Source of the DNA: a virus
Reading direction: 5' to 3' (one strand)
DNA: 64,000 nucleotides
Virus record (IMG/VR): IMGVR_UViG_3300033545_000002
Location: 464-64,463 of that record
The translations under genes and the position numbers were made by a program. The notes beneath the pieces were generated by a model that saw nothing but the letters and a program-made list of their open reading frames with translations, searched no databases and had not been told where the DNA came from. This document shows, piece by piece, positions 8,534 to 17,400 of this stretch (position 1 is its first letter; the number at the start of each line of letters is the position of its first letter).

Positions 8534-9280
8534 TTACAATTTGATTACCCAGAAGTCCGAGCAAAGATTAGAGAAAAAATAAGCGTAATCCATGTAAAAA
8601 TACCCGTTGAGACCCCACGATGTCCCCCAACTATTCCTGACTTTGAAGGCTTGTTTGCTATCATCGTGACCGGCCAACATTACGCAATGGCCGCCTAGTA
8701 ATTGTTCTGATGCCGTTGGTCTATGCAAAATTCCTGTTTTTGCCACTTCATCCGATTCAAAGGCGGTGTACACATCGAATCCGAACACAATACCGCGTCC
8801 ATGCGCCAGTGTCAATTTAAAGCTATCCGCCGGGGCTCCATCCATGTTGGCGTACGTTCCGATTTCGTTTCCTTTAGCGGACAAATAGGCGGCAGGGGAT
8901 GGCTGGGTGAGCAACATAGATCGGTCGAACGGCCAATCCGTTTCAGGACAGTACCCCCACTTGTGAAGGCCAGAAAGTCCATCGTGGATCATCGCCCCGC
9001 CGTCTTGGTTTACATCCCCTTCGAGAACCCGTTCATTGTAGTAAAGAAAAAGTCTCGAAGGCATGACCAACGGAACTTTAGCATAGCTCATCGATGAAAG
9101 TAAAGCCCCTGCAATTCCGTTTCCGGTGCACGAGCTTGTATCTCCTTGATCAAAACATGGAGGTAACACTGGTTCCAAATCCGAAGTAGCTGGTATCGTA
9201 ACATCATAAGGGGCTACCATTCCGAACTTTAAATCTTCGAAATGTTTTGGAGATCGTTTCCAGTTATATACTCTTGGCAT
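8534..9280 (-). CDS. Papain-family (C1A) cysteine peptidase
   Basis: DQGDTSSC (catalytic Cys), GGHCV (His), VRNSWG (Asn), SRLFLYYNER. Confidence 0.9.
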   Translation of the reverse strand: MPRVYNWKRSPKHFEDLKFGMVAPYDVTIPATSDLEPVLPPCFDQGDTSSCTGNGIAGALLSSMSYAKVPLVMPSRLFLYYNERVLEGDVNQDGGAMIHDGLSGLHKWGYCPETDWPFDRSMLLTQPSPAAYLSAKGNEIGTYANMDGAPADSFKLTLAHGRGIVFGFDVYTAFESDEVAKTGILHRPTASEQLLGGHCVMLAGHDDSKQAFKVRNSWGTSWGLNGYFYMDYAYFFSNLCSDFWVIKL

Positions 9281-9286
9281 GGCGGG

Positions 9287-9772
9287 TTAGTTTAGCAGGA
9301 TGCCTATCGTAGCCAGAATGCCGAATTGCTGGTTTTTGGGCGCATTCGGGTTAAAGGACGGACCGATCTGAATCTCGCTGTTTCCCACCGGGAAAGGATT
9401 ATGGAAACCGAAAGTCAGACCCAACGTCTCGAACGATTGCAGTCCGGATATCGGCAGTGCGCTGTTGATCGGAAACCACGCCGCATTGACTGACCAAATC
9501 ACGGTCAGGGTTTGGGTAGCATAGTTGTAAGACTGATGCTCATACCCAAATTCACCGCCGGAAAGTGCGGATGACGTTCCGTTGAAGGAATAACCGTAGG
9601 CCGCAAAGTTCGCCGTAAACCGCCAGGCATTGACAATGCTATCCGGTTGAACGGTAGCCCCAAGTTTCAATCCGTGCGAAACTCCCGGTTTCGGTTCCGA
9701 TTTGAATGGAGATTGAGCACTTGCGCACAATCCGATAAATAAAGTAAAAAGAGCAATTAAGAGGTATCGCAT
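9287..9772 (-). CDS. Exported protein with a signal peptide, beta-strand-rich (outer-membrane/spanin-like candidate)
   Basis: MRYLLIALFTLFIGLCASA-Q signal peptide; alternating hydrophobic strands in the mature part; ATG at 9772. Confidence 0.6.
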   Translation of the reverse strand: MRYLLIALFTLFIGLCASAQSPFKSEPKPGVSHGLKLGATVQPDSIVNAWRFTANFAAYGYSFNGTSSALSGGEFGYEHQSYNYATQTLTVIWSVNAAWFPINSALPISGLQSFETLGLTFGFHNPFPVGNSEIQIGPSFNPNAPKNQQFGILATIGILLN

Positions 9773-9783
9773 AAAATTTGTTT

Positions 9784-10440
9784 TTAGTTGATTTCTCCTT
9801 CCGGGTGATTTAGTTTTCCTTCCTTTCTCGCTTCTGCAACAACCCAATTATGGAAATCTTCTTTTTCTTTTTTACTCTTTAATTTCAAATCCACTACTGT
9901 CCTCCAATACTCATATCGATTTAGAAGTGTATCGAATCTTTCTTTTGAAAATTGTGTTCTACCATTCATCATATCCAATACAGCAAAATAGGAGCTTTTG
10001 GCCGCTTCTTTTAATTCAGGCACCGACCAATACCAAATACCGGAAGTAATATACTTAGTCGAATCGGCTGGATTCAGATCACAGGCGGTCTGAGCTTTTG
10101 CCATGCAACTGACAAAAAGCAATGCAAGTACCAAAGATGCCTTACTTGTAAATGGCAATTTCGCCTGTAATTTGGCCGGTGGATTGGCTTGCGGAGGGGT
10201 CTGTACAGTCATGAGAGACATAAAAAACGCCACCGATGCAGCAATACCAACTGTTTTACTTTCCATCACAGTCAAGGCAGGGGGAAGCGTTACATTCAAT
10301 GCCGTTAAAAGGGCTGGCAATCCAGAAACGGCTACAACTGCCCCGCTGATCCATTGCCATATTTGGAAAAACTTAGGAGACTTAGCCGAAATGCGACCGA
10401 ATATTTCGATCAAAAAGGCGACTAGAGGATTACTTTGCAT
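9784..10440 (-). CDS. Holin-like membrane protein with a C-terminal extension
   Basis: Two N-terminal hydrophobic segments, then a signal-like segment KASLVLALLFVSCMAKA-Q and a soluble tail. Confidence 0.5.
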   Translation of the reverse strand: MQSNPLVAFLIEIFGRISAKSPKFFQIWQWISGAVVAVSGLPALLTALNVTLPPALTVMESKTVGIAASVAFFMSLMTVQTPPQANPPAKLQAKLPFTSKASLVLALLFVSCMAKAQTACDLNPADSTKYITSGIWYWSVPELKEAAKSSYFAVLDMMNGRTQFSKERFDTLLNRYEYWRTVVDLKLKSKKEKEDFHNWVVAEARKEGKLNHPEGEIN

Positions 10441-10444
10441 AAAA

Positions 10445-10732
10445 TTATTGTTTTGTTGATAGATGATCAGCGGCCATTGTTTCCAGTTTCGTTAACCGGG
10501 TAGATAAGTCGTCAATTTTCCTGGATTGTTCAGCGTCTACTTTATTCACATCTAAAATTGCGCTGGAATTAGCATTGATCAGGGGGATCATTCCAGCGAT
10601 TTTCTCATCCAGTTGGTTGATGCTAAAAAGTACCCACCCGGATAGGGTCATACAAACCGTTAATAGGATAGTATTCAAGTTTAATTGCACGTTCCCGTTC
10701 TTTTTTGTCGTCCCGTTTGTAAGTGGTTCCAT
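10445..10732 (-). CDS. Single-TM coiled-coil protein (holin/antiholin/spanin-like)
   Basis: True start MEPLT at 10732 (the ORF-track extension runs into the IS end); TM segment followed by heptad repeats. Confidence 0.55.
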   Translation of the reverse strand: MEPLTNGTTKKNGNVQLNLNTILLTVCMTLSGWVLFSINQLDEKIAGMIPLINANSSAILDVNKVDAEQSRKIDDLSTRLTKLETMAADHLSTKQ

Positions 10733-10807
10733 TGTTAAAGATAGGTATTTTTTATACATGTGCCGTAAAACCCCTATCCCTTTAGGGTAGGGGATGTAAG
10801 GCACGTT

Positions 10808-11227
10808 TTAGCCCTGTTCTTCAATATATTTTCGTATCGTTTCAGTTGAAGCGTCGCCGGTCGAACAAACAAAATAACCATCCGACCAAAATGTACGCTC
10901 CTTCCAAAAATGTTTTTTCAATTCCGTTGCATATTTTTTCCAGATTCTAAAAGTAGAAAGTTGCTTTAGCTGGTGAACGATTTGAAAAGCGGAAAGCGTT
11001 GGCGGAATATCTACTAAAATGTGGATATGGTCAATATCGCTCTGCATCGTATCAATCGTAAACCCTTTCTCCTGACTAATTTCAAATAACAACTGCTTCA
11101 TGTCTTCGTCCAAACTATCTACCAGCAACTTCTTTCTGTACTTGACTGCAAAAACTATATGCAACTTAATCAAGTATTTGGAATGACTGCTATGGTGGTA
11201 TTTGGCCTTCACAAAACAAATATACAA
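10808..11227 (-). CDS. tnpA: IS200/IS605 Y1 HUH transposase
   Basis: LHIVFAVKYR, HUH motif DHIHIL, FWSDGYF, catalytic Tyr in IRKYIEEQ; non-ATG start (TTG 11227 or GTG 11212). Confidence 0.95.
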   Translation of the reverse strand: MYICFVKAKYHHSSHSKYLIKLHIVFAVKYRKKLLVDSLDEDMKQLLFEISQEKGFTIDTMQSDIDHIHILVDIPPTLSAFQIVHQLKQLSTFRIWKKYATELKKHFWKERTFWSDGYFVCSTGDASTETIRKYIEEQG

Positions 11228-11264
11228 TATTTACAGAAATATATTGAAATGTTTTATATCTTTG
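11217..11264. promoter_or_regulatory. Divergent Bacteroidota -7 promoter elements inside the IS
   Basis: TATATTTG on the minus strand (11217-24, toward tnpA) and TATCTTTG on the plus strand (11257-64, toward the HNH gene). Confidence 0.6.
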
Positions 11265-11297
11265 TAAAAGTGTTTTTTAAAACATTTGGCAATAATA

Positions 11298-11993
11298 ATG
11301 ATAACGGCACAAAGCGAAATTTCAATAAAGGATAGCTACTTGCGAAAAGCAATGTATTCCATATACGATGGTAAATGCTTTTATACTGGTAGAGCAATTC
11401 CATTCGATGATATTCATATTGACCATATAATCCCCAAAGCAAAAGGCGGTAAAGATTGCGTTGAGAATTATGTTTTGTGTTGTGGGTACATAAATTGTAA
11501 AAAAAACGATAAGTTAGATTCTCTTTTTGTTGAAAGAATTTCTCTAATAAATAAACTCTTGTTTGTAGAAAAGGTGGTTTCTGAATACAATAATATTTGT
11601 TTAAATGGAGCAATAGAGGCGAGCATGATAAATATAAATGACTTTTTAAGAAATTATAAACTACATACTCATCCAAAAAGAACCTCCTTTGTACAGGGGG
11701 CAAAAAGAAACTTGCCGTACATTGAATATAGACCAATGGCATCTCCACAAAACGGCAAAAAGGGCTTATCAACGAAAAAGAGGTTCTATTTTGATAAAGA
11801 TTCATTACAGCAGTATTTTAATAAATTCAAATCGCCAGAAGAATGGCGTAATACATTAGAGCAATCATGCGGCACGCATCACGAAAGAGATGTAAATGCC
11901 GCTCAAAATATTAAGAGCTTCGGGCTTCGGAACAAGCCTACAGGTGCTAAGCCAGCAATAGTTGGTTTGCCTGCGAAGCCGCTACACCTTTAG
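11298..11993 (+). CDS. HNH endonuclease fused to a TnpB C-terminal remnant
   Basis: CFYTG...HIDHIIPKAKGG...NYVLCCGYINCKKND (HNH); C-terminal SCGTHHERDVNAAQNIK matches the TnpB zinc-ribbon end / RuvC-III segment. Confidence 0.85.
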   Translation: MITAQSEISIKDSYLRKAMYSIYDGKCFYTGRAIPFDDIHIDHIIPKAKGGKDCVENYVLCCGYINCKKNDKLDSLFVERISLINKLLFVEKVVSEYNNICLNGAIEASMININDFLRNYKLHTHPKRTSFVQGAKRNLPYIEYRPMASPQNGKKGLSTKKRFYFDKDSLQQYFNKFKSPEEWRNTLEQSCGTHHERDVNAAQNIKSFGLRNKPTGAKPAIVGLPAKPLHL

Positions 11994-12005
11994 GTTAGCG
12001 GTAGT

Positions 12006-14147
12006 TCACAAAGGTGCTATTCGTTGATCCCTCATTATGTGCCATCTTATAGGCGAACTTACATTGAATCCAGATACTTGAACTAATACAAGATTTGGTG
12101 TACCCTGTATCGAGTATCCGGATTGATGCGTTGATAGTCCGCTAGAAACATAGGGACTGTTATAGGAAATATATGGCGACCCATACGCATTACCGAATCT
12201 GGATAGCATGACTGTTTGCTGACCAACTCCGGTAAAATGTTGAACGGTATCGTATGAAAAATAAGATAGGTTAAAAACTCCTGAACTATTTGGGGGCAAT
12301 GCAAGCGTATCGGCTGTAACGTACGCGGCGGTGGTTGCTAATATTGAGTGAGAGTATATACTATCCAGTACTACCTTGCCGCCGCTCCCCGGAGAGATTG
12401 GTCCGATTGGGATAGACCCACCTACCGTAATGGTAGCCGTGACAGTTGTTTGTTTGTACTGATCATCCGTTGCGATGATCTGGATAGTATGCGTCCCGGT
12501 AGTGAGCCCTGAAATGGTTGTGGTCGCACTATAGGGTTGAGCGATCGTCGAAGTGGGGCAACCGTGAAGGGTCGTTTCCGATACCCGGATGTTGTTGACC
12601 GTGTGGCCACCGGCTGCTGTTATAGTGGGGCTGAAACTGGTAGATGTACTCGTTATCGTCTGATTCGACCATCCGGTGACGGTTGGGGGCGCTTCCGAAT
12701 AGTAGGTATAGGAGCTGCAATAGGTAGCCGTAGGAAGGGTATCGCAATAGGGGGAGTGACGCGCTACTCCCGCTACATCATTGAAGGGAAAGATCATATC
12801 GAGCCCCAGATGACTGCGAGAAGCCGTGTCGTAACTGTTAGGATAGATACTCTCCGGATTGCCGGAGATATACTGTTGATCATAGACGCCATTAGCCTGA
12901 ACGCCAGCCTTGTTTCTGCCCAGAGAATGGAGGACATGGTTAATATCTTCGGCGATCGTATAACAACCGAAGGTATGTCCAGCATAAACAGCCAGATAAG
13001 TGTGGCAGGAATCAAGTAATTTAGCTTGCACAACCCCGCTTTCCAATGGAACGGGTGTTTGGTCCTGATCCCATGCCCAAGGTGTTTTAGAGGCCCCGTA
13101 AAGCGGTGGACTTCCATAGGTATTCCAATGCGGTTTCGGGTTGATGCCTAAACTGGAACAAACATCATCTCCCCACCCATACAGATAACCGGTATTGAGG
13201 ATAGCGTAGGTGCAAATATCCCCAAATCCAAAGGAGGATATCGATCCGGCCGTCAGGCCTATGTTCGTCATCACATTGGTTGGAGTTGTCGGAGAGCTAC
13301 CCAGTGTTCCGCACCACGTCTGGTAATTGAATCCCCATCCGTATAAATTTCCGTCTGTCCCGAGATAGGCGAACCAGTAGACGCCGAGATCGATTTGTTT
13401 AGGAGTGGCGGCCAGCCCGGTCAATTTGTGGAGCGTCAGGTCCGAAGTCCCATTACCAGTGAAGGAAGAACTATTGCCAGAGGTATAGATTTTCCTTACC
13501 CCCGTTCCGTTTTTGGTCAGCACCATCAGGATGGCATCCCCCTTGGCGTCGATGATGGTATCCCCTGCATCAAACCCCGTAATCGGAACAAAATAGCCGT
13601 TGTCTGTGGTAGGGTTCGAACCATTTCCGCGAATGCCGCCTTCAAGCAATCCTGCCGCCCATAGGGTGTCGCCCTGCGCCCCGGATTTCCATGCTAGACA
13701 AAATGATCCGAACGTATTGGCAGAAGCAAAACACCCTGTAATGTTGTTGAAGACATGGCCCATACTGTCTTGTGTGACTGCGGTAAACTGACTTTGATTG
13801 CCGGCCGATCCACCCAGCCCCAGAGAATGGTTGTCGTTGATGCCCGTTCCGTATAAAATACCTTTTCGAATGGCAAACTGACTATGCAGGCACGACGACC
13901 CTCCGGTCACGCTATCCAGTGTCGCACCAGAACCTGCAATCTGTCCCGGACAAAGAAGGCCCGGCTTTCCATTGGTTCCAGGGGAGCTATTTCCAACTGC
14001 TCCGCCGATGTTGCCGCTTCCGAATCGCATGTTCACGATATCGGCGTATCCGCACTGATATTCACCGGGCCAGACGATATATTGAGGGGATTGGGCAGAC
14101 ACGCAAGTTGCCAGAAAGATCAACGCGATGGTCAATAGTTTTCTCAT
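12006..14147 (-). CDS. Exported RCC1-like beta-propeller plus Ig/PKD-like protein (putative adhesin / receptor-binding protein)
   Basis: Signal peptide MRKLLTIALIFLATCVSA-Q; repeats LGTDGNLYGWG and LNTGYLYGWG; Thr-rich Ig-like segment; ATGA overlap at 14147. Confidence 0.7.
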   Translation of the reverse strand: MRKLLTIALIFLATCVSAQSPQYIVWPGEYQCGYADIVNMRFGSGNIGGAVGNSSPGTNGKPGLLCPGQIAGSGATLDSVTGGSSCLHSQFAIRKGILYGTGINDNHSLGLGGSAGNQSQFTAVTQDSMGHVFNNITGCFASANTFGSFCLAWKSGAQGDTLWAAGLLEGGIRGNGSNPTTDNGYFVPITGFDAGDTIIDAKGDAILMVLTKNGTGVRKIYTSGNSSSFTGNGTSDLTLHKLTGLAATPKQIDLGVYWFAYLGTDGNLYGWGFNYQTWCGTLGSSPTTPTNVMTNIGLTAGSISSFGFGDICTYAILNTGYLYGWGDDVCSSLGINPKPHWNTYGSPPLYGASKTPWAWDQDQTPVPLESGVVQAKLLDSCHTYLAVYAGHTFGCYTIAEDINHVLHSLGRNKAGVQANGVYDQQYISGNPESIYPNSYDTASRSHLGLDMIFPFNDVAGVARHSPYCDTLPTATYCSSYTYYSEAPPTVTGWSNQTITSTSTSFSPTITAAGGHTVNNIRVSETTLHGCPTSTIAQPYSATTTISGLTTGTHTIQIIATDDQYKQTTVTATITVGGSIPIGPISPGSGGKVVLDSIYSHSILATTAAYVTADTLALPPNSSGVFNLSYFSYDTVQHFTGVGQQTVMLSRFGNAYGSPYISYNSPYVSSGLSTHQSGYSIQGTPNLVLVQVSGFNVSSPIRWHIMRDQRIAPL

Positions 14148-14452
14148 TGGCAGGGACATTTAAAGTACTTGTTTGGGTTCATGAACCTGAGATTCCGCTT
14201 CTGTTTTTTGGCGTCATACCTCTGCGGATCCCATTGCTGATAATACTCGAAAGCCATCTCCCTGAAATGTCTGGCTCGCCCATCGTAGAAGACAAAACTG
14301 TCTATTTCTCCAGCGTTCCGTGCGCAGATAGCCCGGCAGCGGTTAATGAAGAAGCTGTCTGTGGTCCGGTGCAGATTACACTGGACGCTATCAGTTTTCT
14401 GCGCCATCGCAGCCAGCGGGAGGAAAAAGAATATAGTTATAACGTATTTCAT
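14144..14452 (-). CDS. Small exported Cys-containing protein
   Basis: Signal peptide MKYVITIFFFLPLAAMA-Q. Confidence 0.7.
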   Translation of the reverse strand: MKYVITIFFFLPLAAMAQKTDSVQCNLHRTTDSFFINRCRAICARNAGEIDSFVFYDGRARHFREMAFEYYQQWDPQRYDAKKQKRNLRFMNPNKYFKCPCQ

Positions 14453-14464
14453 TTTTGAATATCT

Positions 14465-17400
14465 CTAAAATCCTGTGATAGAATAGTACCAACTGTATTG
14501 TGTTGCAGGGGTAAGGGCCGTTGTTCCGGCATTAATTGTCCAACTTAAGGGTGAGGCTGTGCTGGCATAGACCATTGTTACACCAGACAATAGGGCTGTA
14601 GCTGAATTTGCCGGGGTAAGGGTAATGAAGGGTTGGTTGGTATATCCAGAACTACCAGCAAATGTAATGGTAGCAATAATAGCGTTCGATCCAGAAGGCG
14701 TCGTCCCTATGGTAACAAACACTTGCCCCCCAACATTTGTACCATTAATTGAAATAGTAGGGGATGTTCCAGCTCCACCACCAGCGGCAATTCCGGGAAC
14801 AGAAGAATTACCGAAAATCAAATTGATGCCAGTTCCGTTGGCAGTGAAACTCCATATCCCAGTTGCCGTTTTGGTTCCTGCAATCGTTTGTGTTCCGGTG
14901 GACAGAATACCCGGATTACTTCCGGTGGCATACCCTAGCGTTAATGTGTTTCCTGAAATAGTAGCTCCATTGGTATAAGAGGTAGACGGCGAACCTATTG
15001 TTGTAACGCCGCCCCCAATTGCTGATACCGGCACTTCATCCCAAGCACTATCTGTACGATGAACCAGTATTTGATATCCTGTTCCCGGAGCCCCCGATAG
15101 ATTATTCAAATATTGTGGAACGGTGAAGTAATTTATTCGGTTGGTGAAGGCGAAATTGTAGGGATTTCCGGTTAAAAATCCGGCTAAATTAAGGCTATCG
15201 CCAACCGGCCAGATGTCTCCCGGTCGTATCACATCAGGGATGGTCTTTCCGACAATCGTTCCGGCCACCGTCATCGTTCCTGTTGTCGAGGATGAGAAAG
15301 TAACTGACGACCGGGTGCAGACCGTTATTACATAAGTGCCGTTGTAGCCAGATGGGGCAACTCCTGCAATAATGACCTTTGAACCGACTTTGAATGGCGG
15401 GATATCCTGCTGGGCGAAAAAGATCGTCACCGCGCTTCCGGTCGCTGTTATGGATGTGATCGTCAGGTTGTACCAGGTGATGTGAAGGGATGGGAAGCTG
15501 TCGAGATTGTTCCCCTGCGGTATGTCCACCATAGCGTAAGGCGTCTTCATCGAGAACCCCACGCGTTCGGCATCAGCACCGTTGCCTGCAATTATGGCAC
15601 AACCAGAACATCCGACCTGAGCGTTCTGCCCCAAAGCCGTGGAATTGGACAGGTTCGCCGTGCTGTCTGCACTGCCGATATTTCCGGCACTATACCCTAT
15701 ATAGGTATTGAATGAGCCGGATGTATTTGCCGTTCCTGCCGTGTAACCCACTCCCACATTCCCAGTGCCGGTCGTATTTTGAAAAACTGATCGACCTAAC
15801 CCACTATTGTAATTTCCGTTCGTTGTATAGAAGGCAAATTGCCCTATGCCCATATTATAAAGGCCGCTCGTCAAAGTGAAAAGAGACTGCGATCCTTCTG
15901 CACTATTACCGCTGCCGGTCGTCAAATGATTTAGGGCTTGATATCCGTTGGCTGTGTTTTGAGTGGCAGATGAAGTAGTGGCGGAAGCGAGAGCCTGATA
16001 ACCGACCGCCACGCTTTCAAGACAACCACTACAAGCGTCCAATGCCTGATTCCCGATAGCCACGTTATCTAGCGAAGTAAGTGCATTTTGCATGGCATTA
16101 TTCCCGATGGCCGTATTGCCGGTAAAAGATGCTGATGCTAAACCTTGACCATAAAGTGCGTATCTTCCAAGGGCGGTATTATCTGTGGGGGTGACACCTA
16201 TACCCCCCGCATAAAAGCCAATATAATTGTCATACAAACCAGTCCGATAGTTGACAGGAGAGGCCGGATAACAAAAACACAATCCTTCCGTATCCACAAT
16301 AACAGGTCCTCGCCCAAGTTCATAATTGTTTACTAGCAAATCCCCAGTGGCAAAAGTGGCTATGTATGGGCTATTGGATTGGGTCAATTTACTCGGATAG
16401 GGGATAAAGCTCCCCACCGTAAGATCATTAGCGATTACCCCAAACCCCTGTACCTCCAAACCCCCTACTCTTTGTAGAGAAGGGATAGCGGCCAATATAG
16501 CGTTCTTTATGTTGTAATGACCCGAACCGTTCGGATGTAAACTGTCGGACCAAACAGCAGCGTAACCGTCTCTGGCCTGCGTGTAGGCGTAGGCATTTGC
16601 GAATAAAGTCCCGAGCGAAGTCGCTGTCGTTTGCATTTGTGTGACGTAGGGAAGAAAAAGGGCATTATTCGTTGAGCCGGAGTAAGGTGCGCCGATCCAA
16701 ATAATCTGATTGAGCGACCAGCCTCTGGCAACGCAGGTATCGGTCACGGTAACCATCGCTGCCGCGAAAGTTGTTGTAGTAATCGGCGCGTCTCTGGCGT
16801 CATTGGCGAGATATTCGAAAGTGATATATCTGTAGTTGCTATTCCAGCGGGGGATATCGGCGATACGATCGATCATTGAACTGTCACCCGTCGACCGTTT
16901 AACGAGGGTTGTTCCTGATATTCCTCTATTCATGCCTATAGTTCCCAAATCGTGATTCAGTTGATAGGCAAACCCCAACGAGAGATAAATATTAGCAGTT
17001 GCTACGGATGTATGAGGAAGCCCTTGTCCCGATGCGGTTCCAGCTGTGATAGATGTACCGAAATTCCAAGTTGTATCTACCTGCGAGAATACGGAATCCC
17101 CCACTTGATTAACTCGATGCGTAAGATGGTTATTCGCATACGCGCTGTCAAATGCTTTAGGACCGCTGAAAGTTTGAGCCGCATTATTGACCATTCCCGG
17201 AACGGTTGTCGATGCGCTTTGGGCATAAATACTTGACCCATTAATCCTAAGACCATTGGGCAATCCCGCCGCACTGTCGATGGGACCGACGAGCGTCACT
17301 CCGCTACCACCCCCACCGCCTCCTGAAGGAATAGGCAATTTGTATAATTGCCCTGCAATCGTTTCGATCAATACGCTATCGGTAGACAGGGCCGTGCCCT

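Larger units (their letters stand above)
10756..12009 (+). mobile_element. IS200/IS605-family element (divergent tnpA plus HNH gene with a TnpB remnant)
   Basis: LE: target TTAT (10752-55), guide AAAA, hairpin CCCCTATCCC-TTTA-GGGTAGGGG; RE: guide GAAG, hairpin CCGCTACACCTTTAGGTTAGCGG, end TCAC (12006-09); no target duplication. Confidence 0.9.

Noticed and set aside
10733-10804. N-terminal extension MPYIPYPKGIG... of the 119-aa ORF
   Set aside because: It runs through the IS left-end hairpin; the real start is ATG 10732.
11298-11993. IscB/IsrB or Cas9-like call for the HNH gene
   Set aside because: No PLMP motif, RuvC-I/II or Arg-rich bridge helix; the HNH is N-terminal and only a TnpB-type tail is present.
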